Source: Escherichia phage Sa157lw. From it: 64,000 nt of DNA. Below the pieces are notes generated by a model that worked only from the letters and a program-made list of their open reading frames with translations, was not told the origin of the DNA and ran no database searches. Below, one piece after another: positions 47,201-56,899 of the stretch (position 1 is the stretch's first letter; each line of letters begins with the position of its first letter). Location of the stretch: sequence record OK322699.1; one strand, given 5' to 3'. Position numbers and translations under genes: made by a program.

Positions 47201-49061
47201 CACATACACGGACAAAACAACCACGACCATGACTGGCGAACAGATTGTGGAAACGCAGGTTATCCCATACATGCGCGAAATTGATATTTCTTTCGACGCT
47301 TCTGGGTTGCGACCTTTCACTCGCATGTATGCATTCTTCTCAGGTCGTGATGTGAATCTGTATTGCAAGCCGAATGGCGGTAATTTTGGTGACCCAATCA
47401 CCACTGATGCCAATGGCGCAGTCAAAGGCGTGTTCCGCGTTCCTCAGAACGATACGATCAAGTTCAACACAGGTGACAACGTGTTCCGCTTAACGGATAG
47501 CCCTGTTGACAGTAAATCTGCAGATGATACGCTGACCAATGCTGAAATTGTTCACAAGTCTTTCGGTAAGAAACAAGGGATTCAAAAGACCTTTGTCAAC
47601 ACTCGAGTTCTGGGTTATACCGCAAGCACCAGCACCGAAACCAGCACTTCTGAAGTTGTGGTCGATCAATGGCGTGATCCAATTGCCCAATCGTTTATGG
47701 TGGCAACTAAGATCGGTGGTGAATATATCGAAGGCGTGGAAGTATTCTTCTCCACCAAGTCACGTGATGTTCCGATCACCCTGGAAATTCGCGAGATGGA
47801 GAATGGATTACCGTCCCATACCGTCATAACTCGTAAAACTTTGAACCCGTCTGAAGTGACGATCTCTACAGACTCTTCCGGCGGAACGAAGTTCACCTTC
47901 GATTATCCGGTGTACTTGCAAGCATCGACTGAGTTTGCTATTGTTTTGTTGGCGAATACTCAGGATTACAACGCGTATATCGCGGAAATGGGCAAGAAAA
48001 ACCTTTTGTCCAACGAATATATCGCCAAGCAGCCGTATACAGGGGTGTTCTTCACTTCTTCAAACGGTTCAACATGGTCTCCCAACCAGATGGCAGATAT
48101 GAAGTTCCGTGTTTATCGTTGTAACTTTGCTGCTGGACAGAACGTTGTAACATTTGATCCGAAACTTGGACCGAAACAACGTCCGCTGGGATTGAACACT
48201 CTCAACTGTGTGAGCGGGTCTTCTGTCGTGACCGTGTTTGCGCCTGGTCATGGTTTGGTTGCTGGGAACAATGTTACTCTGTCTGAATTGACAGGTGGCT
48301 GTGGATTTACTCCTGAACAACTTAACAAAACATTTACCGTGACAGATGCGAGCTATACTTCATTCAAGATCGATGTCGGTTCAGCGGCAGACAGCAACGG
48401 GCAAATCGGCGGGGATAATGCTTCATTCTTGGGCAATTATCTGGTTGACATGTTCTATGCCAGTGTCACCAATTCAGCTCTGGAAGGTTCAATTCTGAAA
48501 TTGGAATATCGCTATCGCGATGCTACTTCCAATTCTATGTCTGATTGGGCTGAATTTGAAACTGACACTGACGTGGCGTTGCCGACTGAAGGGATCTATC
48601 GTCAGGTTGGGGATTTCCAGATCCGAGCCACCATGACGCGCAGTGAAAACAACGTGTACACCGCTCCAATGATTGATGGCGATGACCTGAGCGTAATCTT
48701 CAACTCATACGGCGTGGATCCATTTGAAGATGTCTTCAAATATGTGACAAAAGACATCGGATTTGATAACCCATGTTCGACTGTGAAGTTGTTCTTTGGT
48801 GCAATGCTCCCATCTCAGTCTTCTATGAAGGTGCAGGTGAAACTTCTTAGAGCAGGTCAGGAGATGGATAGTGTGGCTTGGGAAGATGTTACTCCAACGT
48901 CGCCTCTGGTCAACGACGGTTCTACATTCTTTGAATATGAATACGACAAGACTGTGGCGAGCAATAACCCGTTTGTTGGCCTGAAAGTCCGAGCGCTTGT
49001 ACGGGGGAACCGCGTTGCTCCTCCATCATTCAAAGACTTCCGTCTTATTGCTCTGGCATAA
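44223..49061 (+). CDS. large virion structural protein (1612 aa); putative baseplate or tail fiber component
   Basis: Single uninterrupted ORF between tailspikes and neck genes; function inferred from position only. Confidence 0.55.
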   Translation: MQSTNLNRRPYWDDWNPGKRFSRILFRPMPIKVQTRELNQMQTILQDQIEKLGNHLFKDGSMVIPGGLTITNAAVSMKFTLAGGTEFTDLEGITELYVLGKDNNAKARVLSLERDLSAPDTMLAILEMTEVGNADGFHVNDNLYFQTYDVNDNFIRIGYGIAAAVTGSIVARMTKGVYFIRGMFLDVDDATLIVDKTSNTSSHRVGFKVTETIVTESEDESLYSNAQGTINSKAPGAHRLRIDLVLSRFDYDAVVEDFVELAKVRDGKIQSMVTQSTYNILEDTLAQRTYETNGDYNVSTHQIDIREHLKVNNNGGVFNAADGGDESKFVSVMKPGISYVRGRRIENVGEELVIVDKARDTDVLNNTPVAVATGNYLVTKNSKGVPVISRTVRYKLLNASGAAQATALCISAERNSTEFRLYMRDLVVTGDASTITKVSYEESGITMFSAELESNQFNQSSMVDLIFSLPVFGVKTLAPTGSVDINYTVLRTYKVTLDSSGSGSISAPLGYSFSPEFSLYSSAKSDGSEAQFDISGSLSLTGSPVGSALQISLGSGNANQSINLLALMIRTTATIKTKTITETTESVTFTSQTSRPLANHDGWKLVSVKNDTGADVTSSFTLDGGQRDAGYYKANLLSTAGAISGTYTVVYQYFAHSSGDFFSADSYTSMDYKDIPNYTSSTSGAVYGLADSLDFRPKITNGTSDTDMVRPNTAVILDTEYYLPRIDAIYLADNGVFGVARGISSNNLASPAIPANSMRLYELLIPPYTPNIDDIQIRTIDNRRYTMRDIGKLETRISNVEYYTSLSQLESSAMTQQVFDPITGNPRFKNGIAADPFKDFRLIDDLSEDWMGSIDTENGRLRPFVQQNAVDMTPVGWNKVMDGMVVCNYTPEISVNQEYATTTINVNPYAVFNWEGFLKINPTTDYWFENYYVAPRVINETINTRGTVQEGSVYGTWRTVSVSDRVWEPHGAGGVWWGYRYRTTVSARDVTTYTYTDKTTTTMTGEQIVETQVIPYMREIDISFDASGLRPFTRMYAFFSGRDVNLYCKPNGGNFGDPITTDANGAVKGVFRVPQNDTIKFNTGDNVFRLTDSPVDSKSADDTLTNAEIVHKSFGKKQGIQKTFVNTRVLGYTASTSTETSTSEVVVDQWRDPIAQSFMVATKIGGEYIEGVEVFFSTKSRDVPITLEIREMENGLPSHTVITRKTLNPSEVTISTDSSGGTKFTFDYPVYLQASTEFAIVLLANTQDYNAYIAEMGKKNLLSNEYIAKQPYTGVFFTSSNGSTWSPNQMADMKFRVYRCNFAAGQNVVTFDPKLGPKQRPLGLNTLNCVSGSSVVTVFAPGHGLVAGNNVTLSELTGGCGFTPEQLNKTFTVTDASYTSFKIDVGSAADSNGQIGGDNASFLGNYLVDMFYASVTNSALEGSILKLEYRYRDATSNSMSDWAEFETDTDVALPTEGIYRQVGDFQIRATMTRSENNVYTAPMIDGDDLSVIFNSYGVDPFEDVFKYVTKDIGFDNPCSTVKLFFGAMLPSQSSMKVQVKLLRAGQEMDSVAWEDVTPTSPLVNDGSTFFEYEYDKTVASNNPFVGLKVRALVRGNRVAPPSFKDFRLIALA

Positions 49062-49113
49062 ATAATGTTGAAAGGTGGGCGTAAAGCCCACCAAACCAAT
49101 AGAGGATAAAGAT

Positions 49114-49362
49114 ATGCGTGGAATGAAAGTACAGGGGCACGCATCCATGTTGAGAAGCAGTTCTTGTCCAGGCGCGATCATTTGTACTGATCATGCTGCA
49201 GGTATGGCTGCATTGCAAGCCCGTCAACGCAACGAAACCCGTGAAGCCACCATTGTTGAACAATCAAACCAGATATCGAATCTGGAGGCGACGATCAAAA
49301 TGATGGCCGAAAAGTTGGGGATAGAAATCCCCGAAGGAGGTCAGAATGGCGACGCAAGCTGA
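49114..49362 (+). CDS. hypothetical protein (82 aa)
   Basis: ATG 49114 with AGAGGA RBS. Confidence 0.35.
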   Translation: MRGMKVQGHASMLRSSSCPGAIICTDHAAGMAALQARQRNETREATIVEQSNQISNLEATIKMMAEKLGIEIPEGGQNGDAS

Positions 49363-49687
49363 AAGATCTGGGCTTGATATCCGTGGTATCTTGACTGCTG
49401 TCGTGGCTTCTGCATTGGTCTCGGCGGCGTCGTTCCTTTGGTTTATGGGTGGGATGGAAACACGCGTGAATGTATTGGAGCGAGATTCTAATAAAATGGA
49501 TCAGGTCCTTCAAAAGGTGAATGACATGAGTGAGCGCATGGCGATCATGAATACAGACCTCGCATATGTCAAACAAAATATGGCTGAGTTAAAACTCAAT
49601 AGCAGCAGCCTATCAGACGATGTCCGCACATTGCGGATTACTGTATCTGATTTGCAGCAACGAGGGAATAACAATGGCCGTCAATAA
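49346..49687 (+). CDS. membrane-anchored coiled-coil protein (113 aa)
   Basis: GGAGG RBS; hydrophobic segment ILTAVVASALVSAASFLWFM then heptad-like region. Confidence 0.4.
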   Translation: MATQAERSGLDIRGILTAVVASALVSAASFLWFMGGMETRVNVLERDSNKMDQVLQKVNDMSERMAIMNTDLAYVKQNMAELKLNSSSLSDDVRTLRITVSDLQQRGNNNGRQ

Positions 49688-50426
49688 AATTCGCGACAAG
49701 AAATCTTTTATGAACTATGTCTTGCGTAAATTGGGCGCTCCGGTCATCCAAATTAACCTTGACAGTTCACAAGTAGAAGATGCTGTTGATGATGCTCTAC
49801 AGAAGTTTTGGGAATATCATCGCGACGGTAGCCAAGATGCGTTCTTCCTGTACCAAGTTAAGCAAGAAGATATCGACAAGGGTTATATTGAATTCCCAGA
49901 AGATATTGACGATGTGATTGAAGTTATCCCTGGACCTCCTATTGAGTCAATTGGAAACTGGGCAACTCCTCAATGGCAAATGGCCCAAGCCATGCTTGTA
50001 CCAAAAGCGGCGCTTGTGTCTATTCGTCTCATTGATTACGTTTCCATGCAACAGCGCCTGTCTGATATCACAAGCGTCTTGAATGTTCGTCGTAATTTTG
50101 TGTACAAGAAGTTCCAGCGACGCCTTTACCCGCAATTTGCTGCCACCATTGATGAAACTCTGGCTTTCCGTTGTTATCAGAATATCGACCCCGAATCGGA
50201 AGAAAACGCTGAAGCATGGAATGACATGTGGTTGAAAGCGTATGCGACTGCATTGGTTAAGCGCCGTTGGGCTGAGGTGCTTAAGAAGGCAAGAGGCATC
50301 CGTCTCCCAGGTGGTATCGAACTGGATGGTGATAGTATGTTCAGTGAGGCCGAGACCGAGATAGAGCGGTTGGAGGAAGAATTGCGTACTGGTCAGCAAT
50401 ACCCTATCGATTTTATGATGGGATAA
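49674..50426 (+). CDS. neck protein, T4 gp13-like
   Basis: LRKLGAPVIQINLDSSQVEDAVDDALQKFWEYHRDG vs T4 gp13 [36 protein letters not shown]; C-terminal LPGGIELDGDSMFSEAETEIERLEEEL also matches. Confidence 0.75.
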   Translation: MAVNKIRDKKSFMNYVLRKLGAPVIQINLDSSQVEDAVDDALQKFWEYHRDGSQDAFFLYQVKQEDIDKGYIEFPEDIDDVIEVIPGPPIESIGNWATPQWQMAQAMLVPKAALVSIRLIDYVSMQQRLSDITSVLNVRRNFVYKKFQRRLYPQFAATIDETLAFRCYQNIDPESEENAEAWNDMWLKAYATALVKRRWAEVLKKARGIRLPGGIELDGDSMFSEAETEIERLEEELRTGQQYPIDFMMG

Positions 50427-50429
50427 GAG

Positions 50430-50457
50430 AAGGCGGGATAACCCGCCTTTCTTTTTA
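50430..50457. terminator. bidirectional intrinsic terminator (aggcggg-ataa-cccgcct)
   Basis: Between convergent genes 49674-50426 (+) and 50455-50667 (-); T-run on plus, A-run upstream. Confidence 0.5.
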
Positions 50458-50667
50458 TAACTTGATGTCGCGTTCGGAAGGATTTGAATTTGCTAGAATA
50501 TAACCATCAACCACGTTCTTTTCATCCCACCATTCAATAAAATCATTCCCATCTTTGCCTTTAATAAGACCCACAATGTTATAAGAATTATTTGCGACTT
50601 TAGCGTCCACACAGATAATTCTCACACGCCTTCCGTCACGAGTTTCTTTAATATCTTCAACCTTCAT
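50455..50667 (-). CDS. small hypothetical protein (70 aa), opposite strand within the structural module
   Basis: Only minus-strand ORF in a non-overlapping gap. Confidence 0.3.
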   Translation of the reverse strand: MKVEDIKETRDGRRVRIICVDAKVANNSYNIVGLIKGKDGNDFIEWWDEKNVVDGYILANSNPSERDIKL

Positions 50668-50728
50668 TTATCAATTCCTCAAAAGAATTAATGATTGACT
50701 AAATACCTTCAAAATTGAGGGTAAAGTC

Positions 50729-51370
50729 ATGGCTACTTCAAAATATTTCAACTATACAGCACACCAAGGTACTCAGAAATTAATTGACGACTTGGTGGTC
50801 GAGATGATACAACTACGTGGGATTGACGTCAAGTATATCCCACGTTCCATCGTTGAAAAATACCCAATTTTAAACGAGGCTGAACATAAATTCGACCAGG
50901 CGTTCGATATCGAAGTATACATGCAAGATTACCAAGGCTTTAACACCCAAATGTGGGAGAAGTTTGGCGGTATTCAATTACAAGATGAAGTGACGTTCAC
51001 CATTGCTCGTCGCCGTTTTTCGGAAGTGATTGGTAATGGGCCAGGACTTGAGCAGATGCCTCAAGAAGGTGATTTGATATACCTCCCAATGGCGAACAAG
51101 ATATTCAAAGTGAATAACCCGAATAACGACGAAGAATTTATGCAATTCGGTAAATGGTACACATATTCCTTACCGTGCACGTTGTTCCAATATGGTAATG
51201 AAGATTTTGATACTGGTGTATCTGAAATTGACGACATCGATAAACGTTTACAAGATCTAGACGGCGATGGTGTCTATAAAGATGCCAGTCTACAGACAGA
51301 TAACCAATTTGCGGACGAAATAGAGAAAGATCTTTCGCCCAATAAAATGAAGATAGACTTCGGGGAATAA
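50729..51370 (+). CDS. putative neck protein (T4 gp14 position)
   Basis: Synteny: between gp13-like and terminase genes; CTAAATA motif at 50699-50705. Confidence 0.5.
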   Translation: MATSKYFNYTAHQGTQKLIDDLVVEMIQLRGIDVKYIPRSIVEKYPILNEAEHKFDQAFDIEVYMQDYQGFNTQMWEKFGGIQLQDEVTFTIARRRFSEVIGNGPGLEQMPQEGDLIYLPMANKIFKVNNPNNDEEFMQFGKWYTYSLPCTLFQYGNEDFDTGVSEIDDIDKRLQDLDGDGVYKDASLQTDNQFADEIEKDLSPNKMKIDFGE

Positions 51371-51372
51371 TC

Positions 51373-52071
51373 ATGGCCAGACCATTTGAAAAATATTTCT
51401 ACCATGAATCGTTGTTGAAATACATTCATGTCTTCAACGCTATCATGTCAGATTTAAAAGTCAAAACCGAACGTGGCTTGATGGAAATCCCGCTGCATAT
51501 GGCTATTGGCCGTCGCAATGACCTCAACAGGAACGTGCCAGCCAATATGCTGCCATTTGCGACTATGTCCTTCGGTCAATTCGAAATTAATAAACAAGTG
51601 ACCAAGTCGTATCATAATCAGATATCGACTGCAACTGCGCGGTCCAAACAACGAATTCCGATCATTATAGATTTTGAATATAACATCAGAACGAAGAAAC
51701 TGGTCGAAATGCTACAGGTGTTGGAACAAATTTATTCTGTGTTCACTCCTTCTATTGATTGTCAGATAAAAGACAACGATACGTTATCTCAAGATCAAAA
51801 CGTGAAGATTATGTTGACATCCCATACCATTTCCGATAACTGGGAAGGGGATGCCGCTGAATCACCCCATATAGATTGCACCTTTAATTTTCAATTACAT
51901 GGGCACATTTATGGCGAAGATTATTGGGTCGATGACGGCTCTGGCGGTGGTGATCCGAACGTTATCAAAGAGATAATTATTGAAATGTCTAATGATTTGA
52001 ACACGCCATGGTCGGAACTGCCTGAGTGGTTCCGAGTTGACAAAGATGGCATACATCATCCGGAGGATTGA
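51373..52071 (+). CDS. putative tail completion/sheath stabiliser protein (T4 gp15 position)
   Basis: Synteny only. Confidence 0.45.
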   Translation: MARPFEKYFYHESLLKYIHVFNAIMSDLKVKTERGLMEIPLHMAIGRRNDLNRNVPANMLPFATMSFGQFEINKQVTKSYHNQISTATARSKQRIPIIIDFEYNIRTKKLVEMLQVLEQIYSVFTPSIDCQIKDNDTLSQDQNVKIMLTSHTISDNWEGDAAESPHIDCTFNFQLHGHIYGEDYWVDDGSGGGDPNVIKEIIIEMSNDLNTPWSELPEWFRVDKDGIHHPED

Positions 52072-52754
52072 TCATGAGCAATATGTCAGAAAGGTTACTT
52101 GCGACGCTAGACGCGGTGACTGCCAGAGATGAAGTTGGTAAGGAGGCGATGGAAGCCGTCTCTCCACGTCCAGGTATTGACTTCGATGAAAAAACGGGCG
52201 AGTGGTTTGGTGAACGCCCAGAAGGTTATCAGCCGATTCCAGAACCTCCATCATTGGAAGATATCGCGTCCAAAGAATCCAAGGTTCCGGAGTTTGCGGA
52301 TACTGATGCCACAACAGATTACAAGCGGATACGCGATACAACATACGCCATGCAGGAAGCCACGATGTTCATGATGGGGCAAGCTGCTAAATTAGCTGCA
52401 TCTACCGAAGCCCCAAGAGCGTTTTCCGTGTTTCGTGAATTGGGCGAACTCATGCGCGGCCTGAACAAAGACCTGATGGAAAACCAAAAAACCATCAAAG
52501 CTGTGACAGGGGATAAAGAACCGCCGACTGATGACACAACCGTGGATGTTACCACTTCACCCGACGGGACCACAACAGTATCTGTTGGGAAGAAAGCGAG
52601 ATCTTCGCGCGATTTATTGAAAACGATCGAAGATGCACGCCGCCGCGCTGAAGAACGCGCCCAGGCAAAAGCCACCCAACAAACCGAAGATGAAATTATC
52701 GACGGTGAAACGGTTGACGTGAAGGAAGAAGACGATGGCGTATCAGAAGCGTGA
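52068..52754 (+). CDS. terminase small subunit (T4 gp16-like)
   Basis: ...TDYKRIRDTTYAMQEATMFMMGQAAKLAASTEAPRAFSVFRELGELM resembles T4 gp16 ...[47 protein letters not shown]; immediately upstream of large subunit. Confidence 0.7.
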   Translation: MIMSNMSERLLATLDAVTARDEVGKEAMEAVSPRPGIDFDEKTGEWFGERPEGYQPIPEPPSLEDIASKESKVPEFADTDATTDYKRIRDTTYAMQEATMFMMGQAAKLAASTEAPRAFSVFRELGELMRGLNKDLMENQKTIKAVTGDKEPPTDDTTVDVTTSPDGTTTVSVGKKARSSRDLLKTIEDARRRAEERAQAKATQQTEDEIIDGETVDVKEEDDGVSEA

Positions 52755-54945
52755 TATAGAATATGCTCCGATAAAAACGGGGTTTAAAATCGACGACGTG
52801 AAATTGCGTATGGACCAGACGTTCATGCGCAAGCCTTCTGTGCGCGCTCCACGAGTCGAGTTGATGCTAACAGATGAACAAGAAGACGAATTTGTTGAAT
52901 GTTCAATGGACGCGCATTACTTCGCTGCCAATTACTACAAGATAACGACAATCGATAAAGGCTTCATCCTTTTCGATATGCATGATTATCAGAAACAATT
53001 ATTTCACGATTTTCAAGATTATCGTTTCAATGCCGTTGTCCAGGCGCGTCAGTCCGGTAAATGCGTCCGTGGTGATACTCTTGTTTATGTCTATGATACA
53101 GTCAGTCAACAAGAGTTGCATCTCACCATAGAAGAGCTTCACAAGCGCTTCGAAGGACCGAACCATGCTGTGCCACTGAATACCATTGGCAACCACAATA
53201 AGTTTGTAGACAGCCGTTTCGGGAAACGATATTTTGTTGAGTCCGACACTGGCTGGGTTCCGGTTATTGCCGCTCATAAAACGAAAGAATACGCTGAATA
53301 CGTGGTCAGGACTGAAACCGGACGCACAATTCATGTCGCAGATGAGCACATGTTCTTCAATGAATATGGGCGCGAAGTATTTGCTAAAGACATGGAGGCC
53401 GGAGATGCCATAATGACCCAGGAGGGAATAGAATTCATCTCTGAGATCTGGGAGACTGGTGAGTACCACCACATGTATGACTTGCAAGTCAAGTCCAGCG
53501 ATCAACGTTATTACACGAATGGGTTCCTCAGCCATAATACCACGGTCGTGGCTGCGTTTCTTCTTTGGTATGCGATGTTCCACTCAGACAAAGAAATCGC
53601 GGTACTGGCAAACAAAGAGAAACAAGCGATTGAAATTCTTGACCGTATCAGGAAGGCGTATCAGGACCTCCCATTCTTCCTTCAGCAGGGTTGTGAGAAG
53701 TTTGGTTCTACACTGATAGAGTTTGAGAACGGCTCTAAGATATATGCTTATGCAACGTCTTCGGACTCTATTCGTGGTCGTTCTGTATCTCTCTTGTACG
53801 TGGACGAAGTCGCATTCATCGAAAATGACTTTGAATTTTGGGAATCAACATTCCCAGCGATCGCATCTGCTGATACTTCACGTTGTATTCTGACCAGTAC
53901 TCCGAAAGGCCAGCGAGGGTTGTTCTATGATATCGTCACCAAAGCAGACCCGCGCCATCCGCAATACAACGACTTCCATCTTACCGAAGTCCCTTGGTAC
54001 AAGGTTCCGGCGTACACCAAAGACCCTGATTGGGAAACCAAACAACGCGCTCGTCTGGGGGATGCCCGTTTTGACCAGGAATTTGGAATCAAGTTCCGTG
54101 GTTCTGTAGGTTCATTGATACCAGCCAAATGCTTGGATAAAATGACATCCAAGTTATATCGAGAGCCTAATGAGTTCACCAAAATTTACAAGGAATATGA
54201 CCCGCAACGCATCTACTTCGGGATCGCAGATACGGGGAAAGGTGTTGAAGGAGATTATTCGGTTCTGACAATTCTGGATATAACGGAATACCCGCATGTC
54301 ATAGCGGCCAAGTACAGGAACAATACAATACCTCCGATGATGTATGCATACACGATAGCTGATATGTGTACTGAATACGGGGAATGCCCTGTCCTTGTCG
54401 AGACGAATAACGACGTTGGTGGACAGGTTATCACGATCTTGTATCAAGAAATTGAGTATCCAGAGATCATATTCACGTCGACGGATAACAAAGGGACAGG
54501 GAAACGGATTGGTGGTCGTAAACCAGAGCCAGGCATTAACACCAACAGGAAAGTGCGATCTATTGGTTGTGCTAACCTGAAAGCGCTTATTGAGAAAGAA
54601 ATGTTGGTGATTGAAGATCAAGACACGATAGATGAACTCAGCACATTCGTGTTCCGTGGTGCGCGTTATGAAGCAGATGATGGATGTCACGACGACTGCG
54701 TTATGCCGTTGGTATTATATTCTTGGGCAGTTAAACAAGAATGGTTCAGTGATCTGACTTCTACCAGTATTTCTCAAGACATGAGAAATAGAATGTCTTC
54801 GACTGAGTCACAACAAGTATTCCCATTTGGTGGTTTAGTCGTGGGAGACACTCCATCTGGAACTGAGCATCTCCCTGGGTTCGGTGGTGTTCAAGTCTTC
54901 GACGAACGTTCAGGGATGACAATGGACGAGTGGTTTAAGAATTGA
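52735..54945 (+). CDS. terminase large subunit (T4 gp17-like), interrupted by a mini-intein
   Basis: Walker A reads ARQSGK|C...HN|TTVVAAFLLWYAMFH; without the insert it becomes ARQSGKTTVVA, matching T4 gp17 SRQLGKTTVVA. Confidence 0.9.
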   Translation: MAYQKRDIEYAPIKTGFKIDDVKLRMDQTFMRKPSVRAPRVELMLTDEQEDEFVECSMDAHYFAANYYKITTIDKGFILFDMHDYQKQLFHDFQDYRFNAVVQARQSGKCVRGDTLVYVYDTVSQQELHLTIEELHKRFEGPNHAVPLNTIGNHNKFVDSRFGKRYFVESDTGWVPVIAAHKTKEYAEYVVRTETGRTIHVADEHMFFNEYGREVFAKDMEAGDAIMTQEGIEFISEIWETGEYHHMYDLQVKSSDQRYYTNGFLSHNTTVVAAFLLWYAMFHSDKEIAVLANKEKQAIEILDRIRKAYQDLPFFLQQGCEKFGSTLIEFENGSKIYAYATSSDSIRGRSVSLLYVDEVAFIENDFEFWESTFPAIASADTSRCILTSTPKGQRGLFYDIVTKADPRHPQYNDFHLTEVPWYKVPAYTKDPDWETKQRARLGDARFDQEFGIKFRGSVGSLIPAKCLDKMTSKLYREPNEFTKIYKEYDPQRIYFGIADTGKGVEGDYSVLTILDITEYPHVIAAKYRNNTIPPMMYAYTIADMCTEYGECPVLVETNNDVGGQVITILYQEIEYPEIIFTSTDNKGTGKRIGGRKPEPGINTNRKVRSIGCANLKALIEKEMLVIEDQDTIDELSTFVFRGARYEADDGCHDDCVMPLVLYSWAVKQEWFSDLTSTSISQDMRNRMSSTESQQVFPFGGLVVGDTPSGTEHLPGFGGVQVFDERSGMTMDEWFKN
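53062..53538 (+). mobile_element. mini-intein (159 aa, no homing endonuclease domain) in the terminase P-loop
   Basis: Begins Cys (CVRGDTLVYV), block-B-like GRTIHVADEH, ends ...FLSHN with +1 Thr; length multiple of 3. Confidence 0.8.
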
Positions 54946-54948
54946 TCA

Positions 54949-54955
54949 CTAAATA
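54949..54955 (+). promoter_or_regulatory. CTAAATA late-promoter-like motif
   Basis: 43 nt upstream of tail sheath ATG 54998. Confidence 0.3.
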
Positions 54956-54997
54956 TCTTTCAAATTGAGCGAAACTCTACCGAGAAGGAATAACATT

Positions 54998-56893
54998 ATG
55001 GCAACTCAAAGCTTCAGCGTTGCGCCGTCCGTACAGTGGACTGAGCGTGATGCCACGCTTCAGACTTCTCCGTCCGTGGTTGTTCAGGGCGCGACAGTCG
55101 GCAAATTTCAATGGGGTGAAGTCGAACTCCCAGTGCTGGTGACTGGTGGTGAGACGGGTTTGGTGAAGAAATTCTTCAAACCTAATGACAGCACTGCGAC
55201 AGATTTCCTTGTGATTGCAGACTTTTTGTCTTACAGCTCTATGGCATGGGTCACTCGTGTTGTTGGTCCTCTGGCCAAGAACTCTGTCACCAAAGGCCAG
55301 ACAGCCATCACGATCAAAAACAAGCTGGATTTTGAAACAGCAAGTCCGTCAGCGTCTATCACTTGGGCTGGTCGTTATCCAGGATCTCTGGGGAATGACA
55401 TCGCCATCAATGTTTGTGACTCCGCTGGATTCCCGACATGGGAATTCCGTAACAACTTTGCGTACGCACCTCAGTCTGGTGAATTCCATGTTGTGGTTGT
55501 AGACAAAGTTGGGCGCATTACTGACTCTGCTGGTGCGGTTGGTCAGGTTGACCGTATCTCTGTTTCTGGCACGGCAACCGCAGCTGGCACCATCAGTGTG
55601 GCGGGTGAAGATATCGCATATCTGGATACTGATACTCCGGCCACTTTGGCGACCAAAATTGGCGCGGCGCTGACGGCGCTAACAGATGTTTATTCTTCTG
55701 TCGTTGTTAAGTCTAACACTGTCATCGTGACCCATAAAGCCATTGGTCCCCAGACAGTTACTGCTATTGTTCCAGATGATAAGGGGCTGACTGCAACCGC
55801 CGTGATTACCACTGTTGGCGCATCTGGTTCTATTATCGAAAAATACGAACTCATGCAGAACACACAGGGTTCCAAAAAGTCCGATGGCGCGAATGCGTAC
55901 TTCAAAGATGTCATCAATGATACATCAAATTGGGTGTACACCTTCGCCACCGCTCTGGCCGCAGGTGTTGTTGAATTAGAAGGCGGCGTAGACGACTACA
56001 ATATCAACCGTGTCGCGGCTATCCAAGTTCTGAACAACGCCGAAGCATATGATGCGAAGCCAGTATTTGCATACTGTGAAGAGTTGATTGAACAACAGGC
56101 ATTAATCGACTTGTCTACCGAGCGAAAAGACACCGTTTCCTTCGTGTCGCCTTTGCGTGATACTGTGGTCGGCAACCGTGGCCGTGAGATGGACGATGTG
56201 GTCGCTTGGCGTGAAAGTCTGGTGCGCGACTCCTCCTATTTCTTCATGGACGACAACTGGGCATACGTGTACGATAAATACAACGATAAGATGCGCTGGA
56301 TCCCTGCTTGCGGCGGTACAGCGGGTGTTTGGGCACGTAGTATTGAAATCGCGGGTATCTACAAATCTCCTGCGTTCCACAACCGTGGCAAATACAACAA
56401 CTACAATCGAATGGCGTGGTCTGCGTCTTCCGATGAACGTGCCGTGTTGTACCGCAACCAGATTAACAGCATCGTGACCTTCTCCAATGAAGGTATCGTG
56501 TTGTATGGTGACAAAACTGGTCTGACTCGTCCGTCTGCTTTCGATCGTATCAATGTTCGCGGTCTGTTTATTATGGCAGAACAGAACATCGCTGCAATCG
56601 CCAAATATTACCTTGGTGAGAACAATGATGCGTTCACTCGCAGTCTGTTCAGCAACGCTGTTCGTCCTTATATTCGCCAGCTGGCAAATATGGGTGCGAT
56701 CTACGATGGTAAAGTCAAGTGTGACGAAGATAACAACACTGCTGACGTTATTGCGGCAAACCAGATGGTCGCTGGTATCTGGCTGAAACCGGAATACAGC
56801 ATCAATTGGGTGTATCTTGACTTTGCTGCAGTTCGTCCGGATATGGAGTTCTCGGAAATTGAATCCGGCGGCGGCATCGTTGCTGCTTCTTAA
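54998..56893 (+). CDS. tail sheath protein (T4 gp18-like)
   Basis: VGKFQWGEVELPV vs T4 AGKFQWGPAFQIK; C-terminal YVYDKYNDKMRWIP...VLYGDKTGLTRPSAFDRINVRGLF...NDAFTRS matches T4 gp18. Start at ATG 54998 (AGAAGGAA RBS). Confidence 0.9.
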   Translation: MATQSFSVAPSVQWTERDATLQTSPSVVVQGATVGKFQWGEVELPVLVTGGETGLVKKFFKPNDSTATDFLVIADFLSYSSMAWVTRVVGPLAKNSVTKGQTAITIKNKLDFETASPSASITWAGRYPGSLGNDIAINVCDSAGFPTWEFRNNFAYAPQSGEFHVVVVDKVGRITDSAGAVGQVDRISVSGTATAAGTISVAGEDIAYLDTDTPATLATKIGAALTALTDVYSSVVVKSNTVIVTHKAIGPQTVTAIVPDDKGLTATAVITTVGASGSIIEKYELMQNTQGSKKSDGANAYFKDVINDTSNWVYTFATALAAGVVELEGGVDDYNINRVAAIQVLNNAEAYDAKPVFAYCEELIEQQALIDLSTERKDTVSFVSPLRDTVVGNRGREMDDVVAWRESLVRDSSYFFMDDNWAYVYDKYNDKMRWIPACGGTAGVWARSIEIAGIYKSPAFHNRGKYNNYNRMAWSASSDERAVLYRNQINSIVTFSNEGIVLYGDKTGLTRPSAFDRINVRGLFIMAEQNIAAIAKYYLGENNDAFTRSLFSNAVRPYIRQLANMGAIYDGKVKCDEDNNTADVIAANQMVAGIWLKPEYSINWVYLDFAAVRPDMEFSEIESGGGIVAAS

Positions 56894-56899
56894 AAGATC

